Below, piece after piece: positions 1-8,318 of a stretch of 36,587 nt of DNA. The DNA comes from Candidatus Sabulitectum sp. (GTDB taxonomy: Bacteria; Fermentibacterota; Fermentibacteria; Fermentibacterales; JCC-6). The notes beneath the pieces were generated by a model that made no database searches, had not been told where the DNA came from, and was given only the letters and a program-made list of their open reading frames with translations. Location of the stretch: NCBI GenBank assembly GCA_029940175.1, contig JAOZRM010000002.1:1-36587 (forward strand), read 5' to 3'. How positions within the stretch are numbered: position 1 is the stretch's first letter; every line of letters starts with the position of its first letter. The position numbers and the translations under genes were made by a program.

Positions 1-1
1 T

Positions 2-73
2 ATCGTGTATTCTATTGACGAAGAAAAATGTATCATCTACGTGCATCGAGCAAGAACTCACTATGGGGATTAA
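2..73 (+). CDS. Partial CDS: last 23 codons of a RelE/ParE-fold toxin-like protein (5' end outside the window)
   Basis: Frame +2 reads IVYSIDEEKCIIYVHRARTHYGD, then TAA at 71-73. The Y.ID....I.I..V.HR...Y pattern resembles the last strands of RelE/ParE-family toxins. The fragment is very short, so this is weak. Confidence 0.35.
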   Translation: MVYSIDEEKCIIYVHRARTHYGD

Positions 74-168
74 CAGTTCAAGGCATTGATGTCGCAAATA
101 GCATTACGATTATGCTTTTTCCTTCCTTCCTTTGCTTTGCAGTAAAACGAAGGCAAGAAAAGATTTTT

Positions 169-645
169 TTATACTCCACCCAGCATGAATTCTACCCACT
201 GCTCAAGAGTCAGGGCTTTTTTGTCAGCAGGTTCAGACCCGGCTGTTGCAAATATCTCATCACTGATCACTTCATCGAAGAGGTTGTTGGGATCCTCTCC
301 GTCAATAATTAACAGGCGTCTCTGGAATGCCAGCATTCTCCACTCCTGTGAAAAATATTTCCACCTGGTGCCACAGTTCTTGCAGTAGTAGACACCTTCC
401 AGCCAGTACTCTTTTTCAAAATCTTCAATTTCAGAAAAACAGTCAAGCTCCCGTGCAGAGGTCACAAGCTGATTCTGGATATTATCCATCCATCCTGGTC
501 CCTGTTTTTTACCAGCCCAGAAAACGAACTTCTTAAAACCGCAGGGGCAGCCATCCAGAGAGCAGTATTCGTCAAGCACCAGTTTCACTGCATTCTCTCT
601 GTTCTCTATATGCTCCTGCATTTTGTTGAGCTGCTCTTTGTTCAC
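169..645 (-). CDS. Hypothetical Cys-rich protein (158 aa), family not recognised
   Basis: Uninterrupted ORF 13 nt downstream of, and co-directional with, the beta-propeller gene. The Cys pattern CSLDGCPC ... CKNC (C-x4-C-x-C ... C-x2-C) suggests a zinc-binding knuckle. The C-terminal half is acidic. Confidence 0.55.
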   Translation of the reverse strand: MNKEQLNKMQEHIENRENAVKLVLDEYCSLDGCPCGFKKFVFWAGKKQGPGWMDNIQNQLVTSARELDCFSEIEDFEKEYWLEGVYYCKNCGTRWKYFSQEWRMLAFQRRLLIIDGEDPNNLFDEVISDEIFATAGSEPADKKALTLEQWVEFMLGGV

Positions 646-658
646 ACAAGCCTCCGGA

Positions 659-1789
659 TTAAATATTTATCACAGGCAATTCAATCATGTACACTTTCTG
701 AACACCGGATAATGGGTCGTTATTCCAGGCCAGACAGCCGTTTGGGGTTATGCTGAATTGCCAGTATCGGCCAGCCTGTGGGAATTCTGCAGAAGCAATA
801 TGAACTCCTGCACTATCAAAGATGTCGAAGACAGGTTTCTCTTCTGTTCCCCGCTGAACCCAGAGATTTCCTGATGAATCTATCCCAATGTTCTCAACAA
901 GCATGTAGAAGGGGTCGGGTGCAAATCCCTCTGGAAGAGCATTTGCACCCAGAGCTGCAAACTGCATTCTGGTGTATTCTGTCTCATCAAGTATTTCCTG
1001 CTCTGTTTTCTCAACTGGTGGAATAGAAAGAGAAGCAGAAAAAAGATCAGTGCCTTCAGTGTCCCAGCATAGAATTTCATAAGTTGAAGTGGATTTACGG
1101 CAGTAACAAATACGGTTGACACCATCAGAAGTCATAACGGTACTGCTCATTAAACCATCAAACGAAGCCGTTACAGCTTCAAGGTCAAGATCCATAAGGG
1201 TGTCTGAATAGAAAGTTAGCAACGGAGTTTCGTCTTCAACAGAGAACAAAGAGGGTTGTATTACTATCAGGGGTTCAGAATCAACCATGTCAAATTTCAA
1301 TTTCCAGGCTGCCATCCTGTTTTCAGTGAGAGGTGACAGTGATAATGGAGTAGTTAACCCCCATTCCGTCAGGTCATACAGGGATTCCCCTTGTTCTGAA
1401 AGAGCAACAACAGCTGTTTTACCCAAATCCAGAATCATGATCATTCCATCAGGCATCACTGACATTTCAAACGGTGATAAAAGCTCTCCCGGTCCACTTC
1501 CACTTCTGGACATGTTAGAGAGGTGAATCCCGTCAGATGAAAACTCTCTGATTAACCGGGCACTTTGATCAAGCACCAGTATGGTTCCCGATGGTGATAC
1601 TTCCGCGTCTGCAATTGCACCAAGCACATAGCACGAGTCGCCCATCTCGATACCTATACTGTCCACAACTGAAACGGTTAACCTTTCAGGAAAGGGTTCC
1701 TGCCAAACCCCAGGATCTCCACATCCCGAGGAAAACACAGCCATCAGGCATAAGGTTGATATCAGGATAGTGTATTTGCTTGATTTCAT
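659..1789 (-). CDS. 6-bladed beta-propeller (NHL-like) lipoprotein, paralog 1
   Basis: Track ORF is 659-1876. I prefer the ATG at 1789, giving MKSSKYTILISTLCLMAVFSSGC, a signal peptide ending in Cys (lipoprotein-like). Motifs VDSIGIEMGDS and SGSGPGEL are present, and it is clearly paralogous to 3680-4855 and 5625-6788. Confidence 0.8.
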   Translation of the reverse strand: MKSSKYTILISTLCLMAVFSSGCGDPGVWQEPFPERLTVSVVDSIGIEMGDSCYVLGAIADAEVSPSGTILVLDQSARLIREFSSDGIHLSNMSRSGSGPGELLSPFEMSVMPDGMIMILDLGKTAVVALSEQGESLYDLTEWGLTTPLSLSPLTENRMAAWKLKFDMVDSEPLIVIQPSLFSVEDETPLLTFYSDTLMDLDLEAVTASFDGLMSSTVMTSDGVNRICYCRKSTSTYEILCWDTEGTDLFSASLSIPPVEKTEQEILDETEYTRMQFAALGANALPEGFAPDPFYMLVENIGIDSSGNLWVQRGTEEKPVFDIFDSAGVHIASAEFPQAGRYWQFSITPNGCLAWNNDPLSGVQKVYMIELPVINI

Positions 1790-1815
1790 GTGTTCAAAAT
1801 CCCTTTCTGATAGAA

Positions 1816-2175
1816 TTAATCTTTTAGGAAGTAGTAGAGACCGAATCCACCTCTGGAAACAATAAAAATGCTCCACAACGCTACAACAATGTGATTGCCT
1901 AGGAATTCATGAGTGCTTGAAATTAAAATATTTGACATTAATATAACTGTGACAGAACCAGCAGCAGCATGAATTTTGTAGAGCAGTCCTATCTCTCTCT
2001 CATCAGGGTTGGATACCTTGTTGAACCAGATATGAAACACGGCAAGCGGGAGAATGGTAACTCCCAGTACGAACACATAGTCCCAGCTGGTGAAATAACC
2101 AAGCAGTGCAAGAAGTATTCCAGCAGCAAGATGAACTGCTGACCACCATAAATAATTACCTTTAATTTTACTCAT
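1816..2175 (-). CDS. Small multi-TM membrane protein, DUF2178-like (tandem paralog B)
   Basis: Lies inside track ORF 1816-2523. Only from the ATG at 2175 (MSKIKGNYLWWSAVHLAAGILLALLGY...) does it parallel the upstream paralog (MARIKIRGNYLWWAGANLLTGILLALLGW...). Both share a DEREI/DEREV loop and four hydrophobic segments. Confidence 0.7.
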   Translation of the reverse strand: MSKIKGNYLWWSAVHLAAGILLALLGYFTSWDYVFVLGVTILPLAVFHIWFNKVSNPDEREIGLLYKIHAAAGSVTVILMSNILISSTHEFLGNHIVVALWSIFIVSRGGFGLYYFLKD

Positions 2176-2198
2176 AAAGAATCCTGCCCTTCCATGTA

Positions 2199-2555
2199 TT
2201 ATCTGTCTTCCCGGAAGTACCGAAAACCGTACACGCCTCTTGACGCAAAGGCAACACTTAGAATCGGGTAAACGCCAAATGGTGCTCCAAATGCAGCCGA
2301 GACCCATGCCACTGTAAATATTACCAGACCTGATTTCGCAAAAATGGCGTTTATCATTTGGACTTCTCGTTCGTCTGATTTGGTGCCCTTTATGAACCAG
2401 AAATTGAAAACACCGAATGGTATCAATACTATTGCCATCACAAACACAGGTTTCATATCTGAAAGCAGCCATCCAAGAAGAGCGAGAAGAATTCCAGTTA
2501 AAAGATTTGCGCCTGCCCACCACAAGTAATTGCCTCTTATCTTAATCCTAGCCAT
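2199..2555 (-). CDS. Small multi-TM membrane protein, DUF2178-like (tandem paralog A)
   Basis: 118-aa ORF with 4 hydrophobic helices. It overlaps the upstream XRE gene by 8 nt. A short XRE regulator followed by a DUF2178-type membrane protein is a recurrent pairing (recalled, not searched). Confidence 0.75.
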   Translation of the reverse strand: MARIKIRGNYLWWAGANLLTGILLALLGWLLSDMKPVFVMAIVLIPFGVFNFWFIKGTKSDEREVQMINAIFAKSGLVIFTVAWVSAAFGAPFGVYPILSVAFASRGVYGFRYFREDR

Positions 2556-2763
2556 CCTTTTCTTCCTCCTTCAACTGAAATGCATCTTCCACCGCCACGC
2601 CGAAGTATTCTGCCATCTTGAGAGCTGTCTTAACAGATGGGTTGAACTTGCCTCTTTCGATGGAATTCACAGTTTGCCTGCTGATACCCACTTCATCAGC
2701 CAGTGTCTGCTGGGATATTTCCTTCTCGGCTCGTAGAACTCTGAGCCTGTTGCTTAATTTCAT
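2548..2763 (-). CDS. XRE-family helix-turn-helix transcriptional regulator (about 71 aa)
   Basis: MKLSNRLRVLRAEKEISQQTLADEVGISRQTVNSIERGKFNPSVKTALKMAEYFGV is a canonical Cro/C1-type HTH. The ATG at 2763 is preferred over the track start at 2823. Confidence 0.85.
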   Translation of the reverse strand: MKLSNRLRVLRAEKEISQQTLADEVGISRQTVNSIERGKFNPSVKTALKMAEYFGVAVEDAFQLKEEEKDG

Positions 2764-3015
2764 AAAACTCCTCTCGAAGTGAGCATGTATAAAACAAGAC
2801 ATAATGTCAAGTAATAGCGACAATCATTTTGTGTTCTGCTGAAATTTCTCATTTCAAGCTACTACAGCTGGTAAATAGGTGATGTATTTATTCTGGGGAA
2901 GACCGGGAAGCAAACTGATACAGCACTTCATTTGTCAAGTACTCCCTTGCGATACATTATTCCGAATGTAACTAAGATGAAGCAGAATAAGGTAATGAGT
3001 GATATTGATCTCTCA

Positions 3016-3047
3016 AATTTGTACAAATTCTGAAGATTAAGTATAGT
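3016..3047 (+). promoter_or_regulatory. Candidate sigma70-like promoter (TTGTAC-N17-TATAGT) overlapped by a perfect 14-bp palindrome AATTTGTACAAATT
   Basis: The palindrome at 3016-3029 is self-complementary. The -35-like TTGTAC lies at 3019-3024 and the -10-like TATAGT at 3042-3047, about 45 nt upstream of the ATG at 3093. Confidence 0.35.
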
Positions 3048-3092
3048 TTTTGTAGGAATTGATTGTTTCTATCACCAACCTGAAAGGAAATC

Positions 3093-3569
3093 ATGAAACT
3101 GGTAACTATTCTTGCTCTTACTGTATTTGTGTCAATGGCTTCAGCTGGAGCTGAGGTTCTTACAGAGATAACTGAGAAAATAACAGTTTCCTTTGATCAG
3201 GAAACCGGTACATTTGTTGATGGTGCGTATGACACGTTGCTTGAAGCCCATTCCATGATTGGCTCTGCCGACTTGACTGGCGAACATGAGCTCGCTGCAC
3301 TTAAAGCAATGAACAGCATGGTTACTTACAATCTCGCTTGCCTTGTAGCCCTTCAGGGAAACAGCGAAGATGCACTTGTGTGGCTTGAGGAATCCATTTC
3401 TTCCGGTTATGGTGATCCAGAGTGGATGGCTCAGGATGAAGATCTTTCCAGTTTAAGAGAAGATCCCAAATTCGCTGAGCTTGTAGCTGCTGCCGAAGAG
3501 AACCATGTGGAAACCAGCCACGATTGCGGCAACTGTGAGAGTAGCGGAAACTGCGCTGACGAAGTGTAA
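3093..3569 (+). CDS. Secreted TPR-like (TPR end-of-group type) protein with a Cys-rich acidic tail
   Basis: Signal peptide MKLVTILALTVFVSMASAGA. YNLACLVALQGNSEDALVWLEESISSGY...DEDLSSLREDPKFAELV matches the terminal TPR motif pattern. The C-terminus is HDCGNCESSGNCADEV. An RBS-like GAAAGGAAA lies upstream. Confidence 0.65.
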   Translation: MKLVTILALTVFVSMASAGAEVLTEITEKITVSFDQETGTFVDGAYDTLLEAHSMIGSADLTGEHELAALKAMNSMVTYNLACLVALQGNSEDALVWLEESISSGYGDPEWMAQDEDLSSLREDPKFAELVAAAEENHVETSHDCGNCESSGNCADEV

Positions 3570-3596
3570 ACAGTTTTGCTGAATCAGTAGTAAATA

Positions 3597-3641
3597 CCCC
3601 CGGATTTCTGAGTAATTATATTGCTCACTGGGGGTTTTTTA
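3597..3641 (+). terminator. Putative intrinsic terminator
   Basis: CCCCC (3597-3601) pairs with GGGGG (3630-3634), with an inner TGAG/CTCA pairing, followed by TTTTTT (3635-3640). The loop is long, hence moderate confidence. Confidence 0.5.
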
Positions 3642-3679
3642 TTTCTGAATATTTCACAATCCTTGGGCGGGAGATTCTC

Positions 3680-4855
3680 TTGAACAATATTACTCTTCAG
3701 CTGAAGATCGAGAAAGCTGTGAATCCATTACTCTGTGCTGTTCCTTTGCTCTGGCTGCTTGGTGCTTCCTGCCAGGGAGAGGGTATCCACCCTGAAAGTA
3801 ATTCATCTGAATTCAACGGTGATAACGCAGATCTGTGCACACTTACCGTAGTAGACTCCATCGGTGTAGAGCTGGGCGACTCAAACTATGTGTTTGGGGC
3901 ACTGAGCGAAGTGGACATAGGCCCTAATGGTGACATTTTCGCAGTGGACTGGATGAAGTGCAGCATTTTCAGATACTCGCCAGATGGTGATTTCATACAG
4001 CGGATTGGCAGACCAGGTAATGGCCCTGGAGAGATGATTCAACCGGGTCATCTTGCAATAATGAATGATGGTTCGATAAGTATTGATGACGGTGAACAGG
4101 GCTGGATCAGATATGACTCTACCGGGGAGTGTACTAGCTCAGGGAATATTTTGCAGCCCTCTCCAATGCAGATAATGGCTCTGGATTCCGCCAGAGTACT
4201 GGGAATGCTCAGTGGGCTTAGTCTTGAAGATAATTACTGGGTAACAGAAAAACGAATATGCACATGGAATGCAGATATGCCGGACTCAGTACAAACAGAG
4301 TATTTCGGCAAAGAGTATCTGCTTGATGCAGTTGATATTGTGCAATTCAGGCAGGATATTGTCAGAGTCGACTTTTTCCCCATGTTGTTTACAGCCGGTG
4401 ACGGATTTGTATGCATTGCTCCGGAGCCTCGTGCAGAACCAGTACTTCTTCTTTTTCATGAAGATGGTTCAGTGATGGATACACTTGTGCTTCCTTACCC
4501 GGAAGTACTTAGAACGGAAGAAGAACTTCAGGCACGGAAACAGTTCATAGAGGATTTTTTCTATTACACGTCCCGGTATACCCATCAGGTTGAGTGGGAG
4601 CCGTACCCAAATCACCCTTTGATAGTAGATCTTGGCGTTGACAGTTTGAACCGGATCTGGGTGCAGCGGGGGTTTGAGCAGGATCCTACCTTTGATCTTT
4701 ATGATGTATCGGGAGAACATCTGATAACTGCAGTTCTTCCAGGCAGAGATGATACCGATCACTGGGAATTCAACATTACCAGAAGAGGGATTCTGGCTGT
4801 TCCAGAGGACCCGGAGAGCTACTATTCGGTGTACATGATCAGTGCTGATTTTTGA
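3680..4855 (+). CDS. 6-bladed beta-propeller (NHL-like) lipoprotein, paralog 2
   Basis: TTG start preceded by GGGAG. Signal-like LLCAVPLLWLLGASC. Motifs VVDSIGVELGDSNYVFGA and GRPGNGPGEM are present. The C-terminus is nearly identical to paralog 3. Confidence 0.8.
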   Translation: MNNITLQLKIEKAVNPLLCAVPLLWLLGASCQGEGIHPESNSSEFNGDNADLCTLTVVDSIGVELGDSNYVFGALSEVDIGPNGDIFAVDWMKCSIFRYSPDGDFIQRIGRPGNGPGEMIQPGHLAIMNDGSISIDDGEQGWIRYDSTGECTSSGNILQPSPMQIMALDSARVLGMLSGLSLEDNYWVTEKRICTWNADMPDSVQTEYFGKEYLLDAVDIVQFRQDIVRVDFFPMLFTAGDGFVCIAPEPRAEPVLLLFHEDGSVMDTLVLPYPEVLRTEEELQARKQFIEDFFYYTSRYTHQVEWEPYPNHPLIVDLGVDSLNRIWVQRGFEQDPTFDLYDVSGEHLITAVLPGRDDTDHWEFNITRRGILAVPEDPESYYSVYMISADF

Positions 4856-4933
4856 GTTCAAACCCATACATCGTAAACCTAGTGCAATACAATGGATATG
4901 CAGTGCTGTGTGAAAATGGTTCTCTTATTAAAG

Positions 4934-4971
4934 TTGCATAAAAGATCTTCTGGTAGTACATTTAGAAGTAC
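4934..4971 (+). promoter_or_regulatory. Candidate promoter of the TA operon (TTGCAT-N17-TACATT) with two GTAC cores 12 bp apart (possible antitoxin operator)
   Basis: TTGCAT lies at 4934-4939 and TACATT at 4957-4962. GTAC occurs at 4956-4959 and 4968-4971, overlapping and following the -10. The RBS AGGAGG follows at about 4975. Confidence 0.4.
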
Positions 4972-4988
4972 GATAGGAGGTACATCGT

Positions 4989-5264
4989 TTGAGAATTCCA
5001 CAGATTATTCCAATTACAGATTTAAGACAGGATGCAGCATCCGTATTACAGCAGGTTCGAGAATCTGATGAGCCGCTTGTAATAACTCAACGGGGTAGAC
5101 CGGCGGCTGTACTGCTTAGCATTGAAGCATACGAGAAGTCAGACAGGGATCGACAGCTGCTGCTGCTTCTTGCACAAGGAGACAAAGAAATATTGACAAG
5201 TGAAGGTTACAGCCTTGACAGCGTCATGAAAGAAGCAGACCAGATACTCAATGGCAAGCAGTGA
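4989..5264 (+). CDS. Type II antitoxin, Phd/YefM family
   Basis: TTG start 7 nt after AGGAGG. IPITDLRQDAASVLQQVRESDEPLVITQRGRPAAVLLSIEAYE is the classic Phd/YefM N-terminal domain. There is a 4-nt overlap with the toxin gene. Confidence 0.85.
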   Translation: MRIPQIIPITDLRQDAASVLQQVRESDEPLVITQRGRPAAVLLSIEAYEKSDRDRQLLLLLAQGDKEILTSEGYSLDSVMKEADQILNGKQ

Positions 5265-5554
5265 GAATCAGGTTTACCCCATCGGCAAGAACTCAATTCC
5301 TTGCAGGTGTATCGTATATAAGAAAAGATAATCCAAAGACTGCCATGGATTTCAGAATAAAAGCTGAAAAGGATCTTGCTCGGTTAACGGATTTCCCGAA
5401 ATCCGGAAGGATCATTCCAGAGTTTCCATATCTACCTCATCGAGAGCTTCTTGTTAAACCATATAGGTTTTTCTACCGGGAGGTGGACAAGACAATCTGG
5501 ATTGTTGCAGTCTGGCATTGTGCTCAGCTACCACATAGACCTCTTGGAATTTAA
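5261..5554 (+). CDS. Type II toxin, ParE/RelE family
   Basis: GTG start overlaps the antitoxin stop (GTGA). A..DL..L..FP.SGR..PEF......RELLVKPYRFFYREVDKTIWIVAVWH is a ParE-type pattern. The protein is 97 aa. Confidence 0.85.
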   Translation: MRIRFTPSARTQFLAGVSYIRKDNPKTAMDFRIKAEKDLARLTDFPKSGRIIPEFPYLPHRELLVKPYRFFYREVDKTIWIVAVWHCAQLPHRPLGI

Positions 5555-5624
5555 AACAGCTGAAGCTGACATCATATCAGATTGCTGATTATGAGGAATC
5601 TCGCAAGAAAACGGAGGACTTCAA

Positions 5625-6788
5625 ATGTATGGATTTACAGATAGCCTGGAGCTCAGGAAAGATTTTGTCTGCATGTTGGCAGTGCTCTCTTTGTTCGGCC
5701 TTTCCTGCGGTGGAGAAAACAATCAGCCGGAAAGCAGTTCATCTGAACTGAACGATGATTATGCAGATGTGTGTACACTTACTGTAGTTGACTCCATTGG
5801 AGTAGAGCTTGGGGATTCCAACTATGTGTTTGGTGCAATAAGGGAAGTCGATATTGGTTCCGATGGAGACATCTATGTTCTGGACTGGATAAAATGCGCG
5901 ATCTTCCGTTATTCCTCAGACGGTGACTTTGTACAGCGAATTGGTGGCCAGGGCAGCGGGCCTGGAGAGATGAGTCAGCCGGGATTCTTTGAGGTGCTGG
6001 ATGACGGCTCAATATGCGTGGTTGATGCGAATGGCTGGCTGAGATACGACAGTGCCGGGGAATCTGTCTCAACTCAGCCTGATGAAGGCAGGCAGATACG
6101 CTATATGAACTCTGCTGATTCGAATTTCATCATCGGGGCCGGGGTTGAAGTCGAATGGCTGGATGATCAGATGCAGATTACAAAAAGGATTTGTCGTTTT
6201 GACCCACAGCAGCCCGACTCTGTTATAGTGGAATACCTTCAGATGCAATACCATCTTGAAACCGCAGAGATGAATGAATTCATGCGGGCAGTTGTAAGAG
6301 TCGACCTTTTTCCTGTGCTGTTCGCAGCAGGTGACGGATTTGTCTGCATTGTTCCCGATCCGGTTGAAGAATCCGAGATCCTTATTTTCCATGAAGACGG
6401 CTCCGCAGCGAATACTCTAATACTTCCCTACCAGGCTGTTCAAAAAACTGAAGAGGAGATTGTGGAGGAAAAGCGGTTCATTGAGGCGTTCTTCCACCGC
6501 TTTACTGGATACACTAATCGCGTTGACTGGATCCCGTTACCCAACCACCCCATGATCACGAATCTTGGTGTTGACAGCCTGAACCGTATCTGGGTACAGA
6601 GGGGATTTGAGCAGGATCCGACCTTTGATCTTTATGATGTATCAGGGGAACTTCTGACGACTGCAGTTCTTCCAGGCAGAGATGATACTGCTCACTGGAA
6701 ATTCAATATTTCCAGAGGAGGTATTCTGGCTGTTCCAGAAGACCCGGAGAGTTACTATTCGGTGTATCTGATCGGCTTCAGCCAGTAA
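5625..6788 (+). CDS. 6-bladed beta-propeller (NHL-like) lipoprotein, paralog 3
   Basis: ATG preceded by GGAGG. Signal-like MLAVLSLFGLSC. Motifs VVDSIGVELGDSNYVFGA and GGQGSGPGEM are present. The 3' 203 nt are about 89 percent identical to paralog 2 by hand alignment. Confidence 0.8.
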   Translation: MYGFTDSLELRKDFVCMLAVLSLFGLSCGGENNQPESSSSELNDDYADVCTLTVVDSIGVELGDSNYVFGAIREVDIGSDGDIYVLDWIKCAIFRYSSDGDFVQRIGGQGSGPGEMSQPGFFEVLDDGSICVVDANGWLRYDSAGESVSTQPDEGRQIRYMNSADSNFIIGAGVEVEWLDDQMQITKRICRFDPQQPDSVIVEYLQMQYHLETAEMNEFMRAVVRVDLFPVLFAAGDGFVCIVPDPVEESEILIFHEDGSAANTLILPYQAVQKTEEEIVEEKRFIEAFFHRFTGYTNRVDWIPLPNHPMITNLGVDSLNRIWVQRGFEQDPTFDLYDVSGELLTTAVLPGRDDTAHWKFNISRGGILAVPEDPESYYSVYLIGFSQ

Positions 6789-6816
6789 GACAAATCAGCT
6801 ATTCGTTTAGAAGGCG

Positions 6817-6863
6817 AGTGAAGCAAAATGCTTCAAAATAGGAAAAGTGAAGCAAAACGCTTG
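6817..6863. repeat. Imperfect 18-nt direct repeat (AGTGAAGCAAAATGCTTC / AGTGAAGCAAAACGCTTG) in the intergenic region
   Basis: The copies lie at 6817-6834 and 6846-6863, with 16 of 18 positions identical and starts 29 nt apart. They sit between beta-propeller paralog 3 and the DUF1016 gene. Confidence 0.5.
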
Positions 6864-7098
6864 ACATCGCAGATGACTTTGCAAATTTCTCAAGTTTTTC
6901 TTACACCACTATCACCGACTCTACTGATCGCGGAGCGACTTGATTTCTTTTTCATTCTGTTTATTATGAGAGCTTCAGGGTTTCCGTCATTAGTTCAATA
7001 TACTGACAGGTGAAAATTATTATATCGGATAGGCAGAAACAGGCCAGCAAAAATTCAGATTTTGACCTTGCAACCTGGCTCGTTATCAAGGAGAGTTG

Positions 7099-8223
7099 AT
7101 GGCAGAAGAACATCCCAGAACGGATTTCAATGCGCTTGTATCCACTATTCGACAGGTGCATAAGCATCTTGCCGCAAGAGCAAGCAGAGCGGTTAATATC
7201 AGCCTGACTCTTCGCAACTGGCTGATTGGTGCATACATTGCTGAATTTGAACTGAATGGTGAAGATCGAGCTGCTTATGGAGAGGGTTTGCTGGTAAAGC
7301 TAGCTGCAACATTAAAGGAAAAGAAGGTCAGTTCTTGTGGAAAACGTCAGCTGTATAACTATCTCCACTTCTATCAAACATATCCTGAGATTGTGCGATT
7401 ACTGCCCGCACAATTAGGGGAAGTACCCACTTCCGGTATGATTTTGCCGGGTGAGAAAGTGCGGTCACTGCCCGCACTTTCTGAAATCGATCCTGATTCA
7501 CTGCTTAACCGCTTGTCTTATACTCATATTGAGCAGTTGCTTGCAATTGAGGATGCCCTCAAACGTACTTTCTACGAGATTGAGTGTATGCGTGGCAACT
7601 GGTCAGTCCGAGAGTTGAATCGTCAGATTGGCAGCCTGTACTATGAACGATCTGGTTTGTCTATGAACAAGAAAAAACTGGCTGAAATGAATCAAACTGG
7701 ATCAGAGCAAGCGCCAACTGCATTGGTAATCCGTGATCCTTACATATTCGAGTTTCTTGGGATCAAATCCAAGGAAGTAATGAGTGAATCTGATCTTGAG
7801 GATGCCCTTCTTGACAAATTGCAGGACTTCCTGCTGGAGCTTGGACATGGCTTTTGTTTTGAAGCCAGGCAAAAACGAATTCTTATCGGTGATACGTACG
7901 GATTTGTTGATCTGGTTTTCTATCACAGAATATTGAAGTGCCATGTGTTGATTGATCTTAAAGTTGAGAGGTTTTCCCACGAGAATATAGGACAGCTTAA
8001 CACATATGTAAGCTGGTACCGAAAGAACATGATGCAGGAAGAAGACAACAATCCTATAGGTATTCTTCTATGCGCAAAGAAAGATAATGCACTGATAGAG
8101 TATGCCCTTGCAGGTATGGACAACAACCTGTTTGTCTCAAGGTATCAGCTGGAGTTACCAAGCAAAGAGGAAATGAAGAGATTTCTTGAGGAAACCATAA
8201 GCAACTCAGAAGGAAATGAATGA
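7099..8223 (+). CDS. PD-(D/E)xK nuclease-domain protein, DUF1016 / YhcG family
   Basis: The N-terminal helical region (RNWLIGAYIAEFE) plus the C-terminal core GFCFEARQKRILIGDTYGFVDLVFYHRILKCHVLIDLKVERFSHENIGQLNTY (D...D-L-x...ID-L-K) is typical of YhcG-like proteins. The ATG at 7099 lies 6 nt after AAGGAG; the track TTG is at 7096. Confidence 0.85.
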   Translation: MAEEHPRTDFNALVSTIRQVHKHLAARASRAVNISLTLRNWLIGAYIAEFELNGEDRAAYGEGLLVKLAATLKEKKVSSCGKRQLYNYLHFYQTYPEIVRLLPAQLGEVPTSGMILPGEKVRSLPALSEIDPDSLLNRLSYTHIEQLLAIEDALKRTFYEIECMRGNWSVRELNRQIGSLYYERSGLSMNKKKLAEMNQTGSEQAPTALVIRDPYIFEFLGIKSKEVMSESDLEDALLDKLQDFLLELGHGFCFEARQKRILIGDTYGFVDLVFYHRILKCHVLIDLKVERFSHENIGQLNTYVSWYRKNMMQEEDNNPIGILLCAKKDNALIEYALAGMDNNLFVSRYQLELPSKEEMKRFLEETISNSEGNE

Positions 8224-8318
8224 TATGAGTACAGATGTGAGGAACGAAGTCAAAGAAACCCTTGAGATCAACTAATTTGGCCTGTCATTGCGGAAAGCAT
8301 AAAGTTGAGAATAGTAGA

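Noticed and set aside
2176-2523. N-terminal 116 codons of the 235-aa track ORF 1816-2523
   Set aside because: This part overlaps the 2199-2555 membrane-protein gene in another frame. It is Cys/Arg-rich and low-complexity. Homology to the paralog only begins at the internal ATG at 2175.
3640-3660. Rex-like half-site TTCACAA upstream of beta-propeller paralog 2
   Set aside because: The right half is perfect but the left half matches only 3 of 7 positions. There is no functional rationale, so it is likely chance.
6828-7013. 61-aa ORF in the intergenic region upstream of the DUF1016 gene (and the 68-aa ORF at 8262-8468)
   Set aside because: Neither has an RBS, both are low-complexity, and they overlap the repeat or terminator hairpin regions. 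They are more likely non-coding.
4989-8223. Calling the TA-paralog-nuclease segment a mobile element
   Set aside because: I found no recombinase, no flanking inverted or direct repeats that I could pair, and no tRNA target. It is accessory-like only by content.
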